A stretch of 61,315 nucleotides of DNA, filler included, from Hausera hauseri (GCA_046269625.1; 10 parts of 10 records of this genome joined end to end with filler, not necessarily neighbours in it); one strand, 5' to 3'; shown: positions 49,430 through 61,315, numbered from the whole stretch's first letter. Made by a program: numbers and translations. Notes: generated by a model not told the origin, from the letters alone.

Positions 49430-50478
49430 AATTCATAATGGAAACTCATTTGTTGCAAGCTCCCTCAAATTTACATCTTTAAATGTTACGATTCCTCTTA
49501 GAAAGAGAAGAAACTAAATGACAAAGTGATGTTTGAGAAGAGGATGAACTCTCACTTATATTATGCGGTGGTGAAAAATCTTGACCAAGGCGGGCTCGTC
49601 TTATGACGATTTGTGGAGAAGGGCTCTCCGCTACAACAAGAAGAGTCAACAGCACTCTTTTCAGTATATAAATGCAGAAAAAAATATTCTGTACATTGTT
49701 GTCATGTCATCAGCACACCGTCCCTTCAGATAAGATGACAGAGGATCAAAATGTGGATCTAATACACAGCCCAGAAAATACTTAAGCTGATCTATCTGAT
49801 GAAGAGCTCAGCTATTTCTTGGATGGAAGAAGAGAGGCCATTAAATTTCCACCAGCTAGCACTACTGGTGTTTGAAAGTTTGAAAAGACCCTGTGTGAGA
49901 ACATAGACAAACATCTTAAAAAAAACCAAACTTGACGAAAAGCTTGAAATGCTCGGACAACGTGAAAAGCTCAGTGAAATAATTTACCTCCACTGTCATA
50001 CAGAGTTCGAACCAGATGAGCCAACTGACACAGAAAAGCAGAAGGCAGAAACGAATTGAAGAAGTTAGGAAGCAGAAGAACATTGCCTGGAACAGTCAGA
50101 AAAAGCAGTTCAACACAAAAATGAAGGGCTGCGGCAAGACATGAGCATTTAAAAAAAAAACAGCAAAATGCTGTTAACCGAGCCGATCGGCTGTAAAGGA
50201 AAAATTGAGAAACCTGGAAAATAGAAAGATTTTTAGGGACCTGTTCCAAGAGAATAATTGGAACTGCCAGTCACGCAACTTATGCATTTAAAAAGTCCCC
50301 CCAAAAAAATAAGGGAGACATATTCAATCAATCACATAAACGTCCCACACAGTCACTTTACAGGGCTCGTATGTTTAANNNNNNNNNNNNNNNNNNNNNN
50401 NNNNNNNNNNNNNNNNNNNNNNTTAATTAATTAANNNNNNNNNNNNNNNNNNNNNNNNNNNNNNNNNNNNNNNNNNNN

Positions 50479-53400
50479 CAAACACCACGTTTGAAAAAGT
50501 CGGTCATAAATTGCACTTGATGAAGATTATCGTCTAGCGCATAGCAATCATCCATTTTTCAATATGTTCAAAAAATCGTACAGAATAAAAATTCCATATT
50601 ACCAGCAACCTGCTTCATATGGCGTAGATAAGGTTCTTGTGTCCTCCAATTCTCCTCAGCACGACGGAGTATTTCTTCGGTAGAACAGTATCGTGCATCA
50701 TGTAAAGGTCTATTAAGATTGTAAAGGTGACTCCGGAGACCGTCGAATGAGTAATATAAACGAATGAATACTGTTAAATGAGACACGTCGTAATATCATA
50801 CCGTAACGAAGCACAAGTATTTACACTGAAATGTAACAAATAAATTATACTGATTCACGAAAACAAACATGGCAAAATAATATATGTGATTAAATATGGT
50901 CATTACACTTTTTCATTACAATACAAAGCGAAAAAGAAAATACAATTCCAATGAGCAAATTAATACGTCGTTGCCGCTTCCGTTTCCACTCATCTTCGAT
51001 ACGTTTTATGAAGAGAGATCGGACTATTAATTCAATATACTCTTGTCTGCTCATTATCTCGATTTCTTTCAGCTCACATAGATACTGAACGTCAAACACG
51101 TGTCCAGTCATTATTTCATTTGTCAATTTCCGAATTTCACTCTCAGTGTACTCTTCCATTTAAGTTGCAATATGTAATGCGACTGATATGTTTATACCTG
51201 GGTTAAAGAAATAAGTTAGTGTATATCAATTTATTATATAATTATATTTAATGTTAACATTTACTTTACTTTGTTTAAATTTAGAAATGTTCACAATATG
51301 CCATATACTGCGTCTCTCTCATACATAAGGAGACAGAACAGTGCTGTCAACAGATGGCGAAATACTACAACGTTGGAATGGACACATATATGTGTCCGAC
51401 ATGTAATATTTCAGCCCAATGTCCGTACCCCGATTTTTATGAGATGTACAAGCATAATCTCAGACCGCTTACACAGTCGAAGAAGATGATGTTAGTGCAT
51501 TGCCCCATGTACCCACGGTACTGTACAAGAACAGTGCACGACGTTGATGGTTGGCATACTGCAATGAAGCAATACTATGGCGCCATAACGGTGCACAGTA
51601 AACGGGCCTATATTTGTCCAGGTTGTTCAATAGTTGATAATAAAATTAACTATGAACAATTTTGCTATGAGCACTAGAACCACTTAAACCAGTTTCAGCG
51701 GTGGTCAAAAAAATTAATGGAATCAACAAAAATCAGCAGCATCACTTCAACAACAACAGCAACAACAGAAAACGTAAGTCATCAACAAGTCTGGACAAAT
51801 ACATCAGAACCAGTACCCAGCTGCAAGAAGAAGAAGAGCAACAGCAGTATTAGTAGTAGCAGCAGCAGCAAGAGGAACAGATACAACGGGAACCCGACGT
51901 TAATGTCAAGTACGATATGAACAAATCATACGTGGATATAAAAGTGAACATATCGGCGAAAACAACAACAACACAAATGAGACAGGTTCCGTCTAGCGTG
52001 CGCAACCGGTTGGAATTGGAAGTAGAAAAACTCCAACACCAACATTGCAAAATACAATATTACGCACTTGCAGAATTTGAAAATGGTGAAGGTGACAGGA
52101 AACAATGGTACCTATCACATCGAGCTGTATCATATTCGGCAGATTTTGTCGCCGATGTAGGCGAAAAGCTGGATGAAAAAGTCGCCAAGTACATGGAAAA
52201 TGGTAGTGGATGGCGAATTATACGAATTATCACTCTCGACTTTATCATAACAAAGTCGAGTGATATGATATATTTGTCTGGACGGTCATTCATATCGACA
52301 CCTGCAGCTCTGAAGCAGTCTCTTTAGGCAGTGAATGTAAAAAATACTAAAGATTAATACTGTTTTCTTTACAGTATTCTGGCGGTATTGAAAAATGACG
52401 AAGTGGACAGATATAATGCATCTCGTCCGAAACAGTATCAGAAATATTTTTCCGAATTGGATTTCGATGAAAGGTGGATGCCGAAGAAACTGAAATCCAT
52501 TTCGAATTTTGAACATCGTAATCCGACGCTGGAAATCAACGTATTCCGGTACAACACAATCGTAGAAATACCAAAGGATGAAAAAATTTACAAAAAATCT
52601 CATGTGGATATAATCTATCGTAGTCGGAACCCAAATGGCTGCTCAGCAAATTTGTTGCTACTGGAAAGAAAAGAAAAGTACCATTAAGTTGCAGTGACAA
52701 GTCTGGAAAGACTACTGAACATGAAGCATGACCATCTCCTCCAAAAACAGATACGGTAGAAATAGCAATAAACCCTTGATGTGGACAGATGAAAATGAAC
52801 GCTTGACGTTTGCAGTCACCGATGAATGTTAACTGTGCCTCAAAATATTACCGTTTGACGCGATGGAACGGTTCATACCAGATCACGATCATTTTACCCG
52901 TCGATACCTCTCAAAAGCCGGTAATTCATGAAATTTTGCAAGACGTGAGCGGCCATTCCTACCGGTGGTATTTCATAACTTTGGGAGTTATGATTGTCAC
53001 CTTATTTTGAAATGGGCAATAAATGGATTTCCGCACTGGGAACTATCCATAATTCCGACTACGATGGAGAAATACCTGTTACTGTCTGCACGTATAAAAC
53101 GGTTCCAGGTACGCTTCCTTGATTCATTGCAATTTCTCAATGAATCTCAGACAAAGCTGGTAAATGCCTTGCCAGATGTGCCGATAGCACTGACGAAGTT
53201 TCCCGCACATATTGCAGGCAGTAAAGGCATATTCCCATATGACTTTTCAACATCGTATGAACGACTCCGGACAGCAGAGGAATTACTGCCGCGATGGACA
53301 GGTATCGCAGAAGATGAATACCGGAAAGCACACAGGTGTTGGACAGAACTCAGCTGTAGAAACATGTTGGATTAAATGCTCCAGTATCTTAAACTGCACG

Positions 53401-56400
53401 TGTACTTATTATCCAATTTGTTCCAAACGTTTCGAGCGAAAGCGTTGGCTGAAGATAGGCTGGAGCCACTCAGCTTTTATTCTATACCGGGAATGAATTG
53501 GGTGTCAGCTCTAATGTCACTGGATTGAGATATTGAGTTGCTGCAAGGCCAGGAAATGTACCAAATGTTTGATGTTGGTATTCGCGGCGGCATGACATTT
53601 GTCAACAAACATCAGGTCAGTGCTACCGATATCACATCAATGCTGTATAATGATATTAATAACCTGTACGGTTGGGCGCTTTCGCAACCGTTGCCGTACG
53701 GTTCATTCGAATAGGTTGTCGACAGGCAAGATCTGGACGACATAAGGGTCAACCTACCACAAGCAGAAATGGCAGGCTCAGTCGGATACGTGATGGAGGT
53801 CGATCTCGTGGTACCAGATGGGCTGCATGATGTTTTGGACGATTTACCGGTTGCACCATTTAACTAATATCCGCCAGGCTCAAAAGTGAAGAAAATGCTC
53901 ATGACGCATGAACCGAAGCTGAATTACGTGGTCCATTGGCGTCTGCTACAGTTCTACATGCAGCTTGGTGTACGCGTCACACAGCTGCATCGAGCAATCT
54001 GATTTGCTCAGGCTCCCATATTTAAGGCGTATATATAGATGGAAATTCGGAAAAACGAGCCGCAGCTTATACAAAGTTCGAAAAGGGCTACTACAAACTG
54101 AAAAACAATTCTCTGTATGGAAAAACAGTGGAGGAACTGAAAAAACGGCTCAGTGTACGCCTATGCAACAGCGAAAAGCGGTTGGTCATGCACACGAGTA
54201 AAGCGCAGTTTCGGCGGTCAGTACACATTGCCGATGGATTGGTTGCCGTGCTGTTAAACAGAGAAGAAGTCGTTCTTGACCGACCAAGTTGCATGAGACA
54301 AGTGGTATTAGATCTGAGCAAGTTGCCGATGTATGAGCTACATTATCGCCATTTGGCACGTTACCGGCAAATATTTGACGGCTGTGACATTAGTATAATT
54401 GCCGGTGACAAAGTGTTTTTCATGTGGCTGAAAAATGTCAATCGCGAACAGCTACTGCAGCAAATGCAGTCATATGTATTACTGGATTCGTCCAATTATC
54501 CACAGGATCATCCGTTGTACAGCCGTGCAATCACCAACAAAATTGTCTGCTTCAAGGATGAAAGTGAAAGTCGGGTTCAGTATCGGTAGGAATGGATATT
54601 CCTACGTCAAAAGTGCTACAGTCTTCTGACGGACTGTGGACCGAAAATGCGTACAAAAGGAGTCCAGATGAGACAGACGGTAATCGGCCACGGTGATTAT
54701 CTCCGTATCTATGAATAAGAAGGAGGACAATCAGTGGCTGTCGTATCTCAAACGATCATCCGATCAATTGAGCACCAGCTGTATACAATAAATAGTGCAA
54801 AAGTCGCTTTGTCATGCAACGATGATAAGCGAAAGTGGGTGGGGCGAAATATAAGTTGGGCGTATGGACATTGGAGGTTGAAATAAAACACGTTCGGTGG
54901 TGTCAGATTAGATACAGGCAATTCGATTTGATCTGGATATTGTGACAATTATTGACAATGATTATCCTTTGTACATTGTTTTATTTCAATGTTAATAGTG
55001 TACTTTGATCAGTGTCTTTTGTGTTTTGTTTTCGGTTACTTACTTAAACTATTATTATTAAGCAAGATAGAAGTAAAAGTAAAACAATAACCTTGTACGA
55101 GAAAACAACATATGTAACACGAATACATTTATTTATTGATAGGAGAAAAACTAAAATCACAATACTCACACAAAGTCAGTTAAATCATACTAAACTTCCT
55201 CAGCTGCCATACTGGTAAATTAACGCCGTGGAGATCCCTGCATCATTTTAACTGCAATGTTAAATGGCCTTTAGCTCCTTCCGGTGGCAAAACTGCTTTT
55301 GCTGCTGCTGCTGCTGTTTCTCCACCATGTGAACTGACAATTTTCCCATATTTCCTTTGAGAAAATCCGACGATGTATCTCGAATGTCGTTACTCAACAT
55401 CAAATCACTGTCAACTTTTCTAATTGTGTCTTTCATGGTATTCAAGTCATCGTCATTGATCTTTTTTACCAATAGGCGCTATTCTACCGGTTTGATTTGA
55501 CCGTTATCGTCAATGGCAACTGAATAGCTTTGCGCAGATAATGTAAGTTGTATCCATTATACAACCGGGAATTTCTGAGCGAATATTCACTGTACCGTAG
55601 CTTTTTTGAGAGACTCGCAGAACTGTCACCTGCTGAATTGTTTCCAAAGACATTGTTTAAAGACAAACGTGAAATGCAATTGCATCCATATGTATATCAA
55701 AGGTTTGTTTTCATTGTTTTCATAGACATTTACTTGTGAGTATGTCTCATATCACAATGATACAAATTACCTCCATGTTACTGAAGTCATTCGCAATAAA
55801 TGTGTACAATTTCCATTATAATACATGATTATTATAACCTACACGTATTTATGGTTTTTGAATTATTCAACTGAACAATACTGCTAAACATGGCATGAAC
55901 ATTATTTACAGAAAGAAGGAAATATGTACATATATTTATTTATTTGAATGAAACATAGTCAATACAAAGCCGTAGACATTTTTTGTAACCACTATTCGGT
56001 CCACGATCACGACACGGACATCTAATATTGTCAGATACCATCGCCAGCGAGCTGTTCGATGTTGTTGAAAACGTCGTCATTTGCAACTCGGGAAAGTGTG
56101 AATGGAGTTGTGTAAACTTTTGTCCGCCAATTTATTCTTTAATGTAAAATATTGTATTTTCAATGTCAAAACGATCAGAAATCTCTTCCATAATACACAC
56201 CTCACAGAAAATTGAATTGCCTTTATACCAGTGAAGTCCATGACGATGTCGAAAGAGAAATCCGTTTGTAAATTTCGCCTTTTCTGTCAGGTCGTTTCAC
56301 ACAATACTGGGCTTAAATATGTACACAAGCGGTTCGAAAATGTCACCGACGTTCATGATGCATAATTCTTTGTTATGTACCGGGCATTATCATCTTGGAA

Positions 56401-56705
56401 AGCTGCAATATCTGTAAATGCTGTGGCCAATACTTATCATGTACAAAATAATTTTTTGTTTATAACACAAGAAAAACAACTAAATAATATTATTATCACA
56501 ATAATTAAAAATAGATGTTTTGCCCATATCCCCAAAGCCAAATTCTTTGCGTTCATTTCGTGTTGTTGTTGTCGATTCATTGACGCAAAACAATCCTCAT
56601 TGTTCCTGTGACATTACACTGAATTCCGCCTCTTCACAGCGAAGAAAAACGATTTGGGCGATTGCACTGCCTTTAGAAAAAGTATACCTAAATTTCACCA
56701 CGAAA
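50479..56705. mobile_element. Polinton-like / endogenous viral segment around pPolB, with small Cys-rich and TM ORFs
   Basis: pPolB flanked by short unrecognised ORFs (50890-51159, 51354-51677, 55260-55666). No terminal inverted repeats seen. Confidence 0.6.
51917..54885 (+). pseudogene. Protein-primed family B DNA polymerase (Polinton/adintovirus type), heavily disrupted
   Basis: ENGSGW, CFLYSILA, DHDH (endonuclease VII-like remnant), VFHNFGSYDCHLI, FLDSLQFL, KGIFPY, GIRGG, DINNLYGWALSQPLP, KLKNNSLYGKT, LDSSNYP..HPLYS, FKDE, KVALSCNDDKR, YGHW. Confidence 0.93.
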
Positions 56706-56807
56706 NNNNNNNNNNNNNNNNNNNNNNNNNNNNNNNNNNNNNNNNNNNNTTAATTAATTAANNNNNNNNNNNNNNNNNNNNNNNNNNNNNNNNNNNNNNN
56801 NNNNNGA

Positions 56808-59800
56808 CAGTGGAGATTCTCCATTTCGTTATTAGCTGTAGCAATCCTTATTGGTGCCATTGCGAGTATTGGAATAGGTCTTGGCACCTACTATTTTGCA
56901 GTTAACAGCGGTATTGAAACAGCAATGGGAAGAGGGGTTGCTATCATTACTCATGTAGGTAGTTTGCTGCAGATCCGTCGCGAGCTTATGTATTCTAATG
57001 TATTTACCATTCGCAATCGGATGGAAGCTATGCCCATTGAGAATTATGAGAGGGGTCGTGCTTTGCAAGTGTTAAATGACACGTTCTTCAACTCGTGGAG
57101 GAGAACGATTGCGGAATACGGCTCATTGGATGGATTTGGAGTTGCACTGCTGTATCCGCGAATCAACACGACGGTGAATGATTCAATGGAGTATGGTGCA
57201 CATTCGTGCCGCATAAAATGTGCTGGACCTGGTGATCTGCAGTTTAACAATGTGCTCTATATTGCTATGGGGCGTGACCTTTTGTTAAACTATAGTTATG
57301 GGTACTCATATGGGATCACTGACAACGTCAACTCATCAGAAGTCACTATTTATCACCTAGATGTAATAACGACGGCAAACAACGGAAACGTGTTTACAAT
57401 CGGAGATGCAGGTAACACTTTTTCAGCCTTGCAGTTGTATGAAAACGGCTCGTATACAGATGGGATTTGGTATGTCAATATCTGGAGAAGCCCTGACAAC
57501 TCATCTTATCTGGTCCTAGTATTTGAGCAGATGTTTGTACGTGATGGATACGCTTACGTCGGTTTTTCTCTCGACATTATGTATGAATGGTGTTCTCTTT
57601 TTGTTTCCGTTCTTATTCGCAACAGCAGTAACGAGATTGTAGTTGCTACAGACGAGTCATATCGTATATTGGTTATATCTGAGAATGAGTGGGGTGACAA
57701 GCGGCTGAGAAACTGTACTAGAGATTACTCAGGCATGGTCGATAAAAGATGTGAGAACTATACTGTCTTCACGTATTCAAATGTCCTCGTGCGTACATTT
57801 TTTAGCAGATATCTTGTCTTTTTCCAATCTGCCACCAGTACGTCACAAGGAATGATATTTTCACTAAATGGTGAGCAGTATTTTGCTTTTGTGCTTCAAG
57901 TTACTCATACAAAAAGAAATAGGATTGTCATAAGCTATATTGTTAGTGATTCGATATTAATGGACGGATTATCTGAGAACATTATAAGTGTAATTGCACC
58001 CAGCGTCACAATTGTGGTGTTGACAACACTCATTTTATCATGTCTAAGTTACTATTTGTTGAGCAAGAGCACGAAACTTGTAAATCTTATATCTGCGCTA
58101 ACGAGATTCATTGCGTGTTATGACGTAGAAGGAGCTGAGCGTGCATTAGCCGCTAACCGCGCAGTGGGACTCGACACCCTGATCGTCGAGTTTGAATTAA
58201 TATTAGAGAACTTGAGGGTTTACCGTATGTTCCTTCCTCGTTCATTAGTTTGCTCCATACAACGTGTTCAAGAATCTGTGTTGCAACCTTCATCTTCCCT
58301 TTCAATAGTCGAACCGAAGGATTCACGTTCTGGAATGGGTAGATCAAACGGCTCTTGCTCTCTTCCTGTGGATGAACAGAGCACAACAGTTTCCACTCCT
58401 CTGTCATTCTCGTTTCCAGATAGTCGTGTGCTTTCAAAGCGGTTGAGAACGATACGTGGGTCATTAATGATCGTCGAGATTGATAACCTGAATGTTTGTG
58501 CATCTGAGGAGGTCTCAGCTGTTATTGCTGATTTTATGTCCTGTGCGATCCCAACTGTTGAGCAACATGGCGGTGTCATTGATGAACTTCAAGCTGATCA
58601 ATTGCCAGTAACGTTCAACTACCATGCACCTGTTGTCAAACACGAAGATTCCGCATGTTGGTGTGGGACAACAATACGCCGAAGTGTCGTGAACCTGAAG
58701 AAATGGATCACTGTGAGTGTTGCAATTACTTCTGGGAATCACCTGGTAGGGACATGTGGGACTGAGGAGCAGAAGTCTCGGATGGTGGTTGGTGAGAGTG
58801 TCGAACTTGTACGGTTGCTTGTTTCATTGCCACGAATGATTGCTAGTGGTGTTATTGCTACAGAGAGTGTTGCCGAGAGAACGAAACTTGTCTGTGTGCC
58901 GATCGACGTTATTGTACCACGATGGATCCAGCTGGAGCATGGGCGTGCTGTGGTTGTATACGAGGTTTTCGATGCTGCTTTGAAGAACGATATGCCCACA
59001 TGGGTCCAGCGGATGAACTATGGCTTTCAGTTATTACGCCAACGAAGGCTCAATGATGCTGCTAATGTGTTTTCATGTGTATCTTTGGATGAACAGGCTG
59101 AAGTGCGTTGGTTTCAAGCGAAGAGGATGGTCCACCTTTGCAACCGACTTGCACAAGATGCTTCATTGGGGAGCTCTGGGGGGCCGAAGACATATCAGAG
59201 GAGGGAGATAGATTGGGAGACGGTTGAAAGTGGTGAATTCATGGTGCAGTTTGCTGGTTCTGTGGAAGCCATCAACAGGAAGGCCCTGGAGCTCGCAAAC
59301 TCTAAATATCCAACTGAATTTGTTGATAATTGCTCGCGAGACATCCAATATGTGTTAGCTGAATTGTCTGAGAAGGTTGCTGCAGCGATTTCAAGCTCCA
59401 CTCATGGGTCTAATCTTATCGCATCCCTCGGTGAGAGTGTCAACAGTATTTATGATGAACTTCCGATGGAGATTGTTGACCCCACTGGTGTAACCTACCA
59501 TAGGTCGAGGACACCCTTATTCATGGAAGGGAACAAGTGTGTGTTCAGTGCGATTGATGACGACGGTGTTGTAGTTGCACTGAAAGCATTCCACCTTCCC
59601 AGTGCACCAGAATTTGAGGATGTTGGTGCACTGATTCACGAGGTGGATGTACTGTCACAACTTCGGCACAACAATATCGTGACTTACATATCATGCGGTG
59701 TTGTGAGCATTTACTTTTGTATAATGACTGAATTTCTGTCAGCTGGTTCACTACGGACATTACTGGGTATGGACGGGTATGGTCAGCTGAGAACATCTGC

Positions 59801-60344
59801 CATAATGAACTATCTTCGCGAGGTGCTGCAGGGGTTAGAGTTTCTGCACAAGCAAAACATTGTGCACTGTGATGTTAGTCCGGATACTATACTGTTGAAA
59901 GGGGATGGCACTTGCAAGCTTGCAGCATTCGGCGCATCGCGATTGACGGGGATGCAACCGTACCGAGAGTCTCAACAGACTGTCGACGACGTAATTTGTT
60001 CCACTGATGATGTTCACACGCAGAAACCACTTGTGTCTGGCACAAGAGTTCCTCGTGGTACGCCACGTTACATGGCCCCTGAGGCAGCACGTGGCGACTT
60101 GACCACGTCTGCAGACATCTATTCATTGGGCATTACTTTGATTGAACTCGCTACTGGAATTCATCCTTGGCATCACGTGGTTGCGAATGACGCCAAGTTT
60201 TTGCATTTATTGCGGACAGATGACACGATGGCACCAATGATACCTCAGGATTTGGCTCGAATGCTTCTGAACATTGCCGAGAAGTGTCTGAAACGGGAAG
60301 CATCGTTGAGAGCGACAGCGAGGGAACTGCTCATGATGTGGTAG
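56808..60344 (+). CDS. Receptor-like protein: TM, extracellular domain, TM, degenerate class III cyclase domain, STE-like pseudokinase (kinetoplastid-style)
   Basis: The frame is open from the contig start (QWRFSISLLAVAILIGAIASIGIGLG). Second TM VIAPSVTIVVLTTLILSCLSYYLL, then NLRVYRMFLP, cyclase-like HGGVIDELQADQL and VVGESVEL, and kinase motifs VALK, LRHNNIV, HCDV, GTPRYMAPE, SADIYSLG. No introns. Confidence 0.85.
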   Translation, partial: QWRFSISLLAVAILIGAIASIGIGLGTYYFAVNSGIETAMGRGVAIITHVGSLLQIRRELMYSNVFTIRNRMEAMPIENYERGRALQVLNDTFFNSWRRTIAEYGSLDGFGVALLYPRINTTVNDSMEYGAHSCRIKCAGPGDLQFNNVLYIAMGRDLLLNYSYGYSYGITDNVNSSEVTIYHLDVITTANNGNVFTIGDAGNTFSALQLYENGSYTDGIWYVNIWRSPDNSSYLVLVFEQMFVRDGYAYVGFSLDIMYEWCSLFVSVLIRNSSNEIVVATDESYRILVISENEWGDKRLRNCTRDYSGMVDKRCENYTVFTYSNVLVRTFFSRYLVFFQSATSTSQGMIFSLNGEQYFAFVLQVTHTKRNRIVISYIVSDSILMDGLSENIISVIAPSVTIVVLTTLILSCLSYYLLSKSTKLVNLISALTRFIACYDVEGAERALAANRAVGLDTLIVEFELILENLRVYRMFLPRSLVCSIQRVQESVLQPSSSLSIVEPKDSRSGMGRSNGSCSLPVDEQSTTVSTPLSFSFPDSRVLSKRLRTIRGSLMIVEIDNLNVCASEEVSAVIADFMSCAIPTVEQHGGVIDELQADQLPVTFNYHAPVVKHEDSACWCGTTIRRSVVNLKKWITVSVAITSGNHLVGTCGTEEQKSRMVVGESVELVRLLVSLPRMIASGVIATESVAERTKLVCVPIDVIVPRWIQLEHGRAVVVYEVFDAALKNDMPTWVQRMNYGFQLLRQRRLNDAANVFSCVSLDEQAEVRWFQAKRMVHLCNRLAQDASLGSSGGPKTYQRREIDWETVESGEFMVQFAGSVEAINRKALELANSKYPTEFVDNCSRDIQYVLAELSEKVAAAISSSTHGSNLIASLGESVNSIYDELPMEIVDPTGVTYHRSRTPLFMEGNKCVFSAIDDDGVVVALKAFHLPSAPEFEDVGALIHEVDVLSQLRHNNIVTYISCGVVSIYFCIMTEFLSAGSLRTLLGMDGYGQLRTSAIMNYLREVLQGLEFLHKQNIVHCDVSPDTILLKGDGTCKLAAFGASRLTGMQPYRESQQTVDDVICSTDDVHTQKPLVSGTRVPRGTPRYMAPEAARGDLTTSADIYSLGITLIELATGIHPWHHVVANDAKFLHLLRTDDTMAPMIPQDLARMLLNIAEKCLKREASLRATARELLMMW

Positions 60345-60649
60345 AATTGTGGTTTGATTTCATATTGCAGCAGACTGTGCAAGATTCGTCGACATTCATA
60401 TAACTGCTCCATTGTAGTTGCATAGCGCAGCGTAATTGAAGTCTAACTTGACGATTTCGAACTGCGGAGTACTCGCCTATTTCTCCAACCACGAAGTGTG
60501 TTTTGTAGGGTTCTGCAAGACGAAAAAGTGTGTCTTTATACCATTGTATCATTTTTATAATTATATTATGTGCCAGGGCAGACAGGTGAGTGCTTGCAGT
60601 GTGTGTCGATGTCTGACAAATGGCTACCCTTTCTCAGTGTCTTATGCTC

Positions 60650-60715
60650 TGTTGATTTTTTGTTTCTCTTTTTTCCCGTCTTGATTTTTCTTCTTTTCTT
60701 TTCCTTCTTTGTTCG
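60650..60715 (+). promoter_or_regulatory. Polypyrimidine tract, possible trans-splicing signal
   Basis: Long T/C run about 120-180 nt upstream of the ATG at 60832. Confidence 0.5.
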
Positions 60716-60831
60716 TTGGTGTTGCACTTCTGACAATTATTGACATGACACTATTTCTGGAAAATTTTCTTCATAATCAATAACTCTTTGATGTAATTAG
60801 GTCGAAACAAAGCTATTTTTATTCATTATCA

Positions 60832-61315
60832 ATGCAGCTGGGAGAGAGTCTGACATTGTTGAAACGAGTGTTATCTCGACCGTCTGCATCCACGTGTTCC
60901 CATGAATGGAGATCCGGAGAGAAAGATGGTGTGGACCTTTCAACTAATCTTTCATGTGGGGTACCAAGATTGACCATTGAGTCTGCGCATGACAATGATA
61001 GCACAAATGACTCCGTTAGCGCCACCAGGTCTGTTGCTGAGAGTTCATTACTAACCATTATGCACGATGCTAATAAGATGATTCGGTCTGCTAATAATGT
61101 AGGCGATCGAGATTCGACTAATAGTGGGGCATCTTTGTCTCCGCTTCATAAAAGCCTTAGCACGTCATCAATCAAACGCGCATCTTTTCCTGGGGGGCAC
61201 AATCACGAATGCGGATAATAGAATCACTTATACTCGTCGACAGTGGAGATTCTCCATTTCGTTATTAGCTGTAGCAATCCTTATTGGTGCCATTGCGAGT
61301 ATTGGAATAGGTCTT
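60832..61315 (+). CDS. N-terminus of the same receptor gene (next tandem copy or circular wrap), 1-nt frameshift at the G6 run 61192-61197
   Basis: Removing one G joins MQLGESL...FPGG to TITNADNRITYTRRQWRFSISLLAVAILIG, which is identical to the translation at the contig start. Confidence 0.75.
61239..61315 (+). repeat. 77-bp terminal direct repeat identical to 56806-56882
   Basis: GACAGTGGAGATTCTCC...GGAATAGGTCTT occurs at both contig ends. Implied unit length is 4433 bp. Confidence 0.97.

Noticed and set aside
46859-50378. ProtoRAG (RAG1L-RAG2L pair)
   Set aside because: There is no convergent kelch/PHD RAG2-like ORF and no RING domain. The core motifs fit Chapaev-type transposases better.
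51720-51890. CAA/CAG/AAG-rich low-complexity tract as a functional repeat
   Set aside because: It is irregular trinucleotide-rich sequence upstream of pPolB with no defined unit.
33369-56705. One contiguous Polinton made of the capsid module, the zinc-finger/polB fragment and pPolB
   Set aside because: The pieces are on three separate contigs and no TIRs are visible, so linkage cannot be shown.
42511-60126. Short antisense ORFs overlapping the gag polyprotein, transposase and receptor genes
   Set aside because: These are shadow ORFs of long coding frames with no independent motifs.

Overview
This window is not one locus. It is 10 contigs joined by nine artificial 100-nt linkers (N-run, TTAATTAATTAA, N-run), so adjacency across linkers means nothing. 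Most contigs are AT-rich animal repeat DNA; a DTHD1-like death-domain fragment suggests a lophotrochozoan host, possibly a flatworm. Contents: (i) three decayed copies of one Ty3/Gypsy family; (ii) two diverged members of a large, unusual Gypsy lineage (13694-23449 minus; about 39498-44682 plus) with the order Gag, zinc knuckle, ubiquitin-like domain, AT-hook, Bcl-2-like domain, signal peptide, chuvirus-type glycoprotein, then PR-RT-RNaseH-IN, which places env between gag and pol; (iii) probable accessory regions of such elements, namely a multi-module membrane polyprotein with PPxY motifs, an inactive-looking ISG20/REX4-like exonuclease and a RING-finger cluster; (iv) decayed Polinton/Maverick (adintovirus-like) pieces, including ATPase, integrase, two tandem minor-capsid genes, major capsid and pPolB; (v) a nearly intact Chapaev-type (RAG1-related) transposase; (vi) a higher-GC, intronless, terminally redundant contig encoding a kinetoplastid-style receptor with pseudo-cyclase and pseudokinase domains, probably from a co-sequenced protist. 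All calls come from motif recognition by eye, with no searches run, and many boundaries are approximate.
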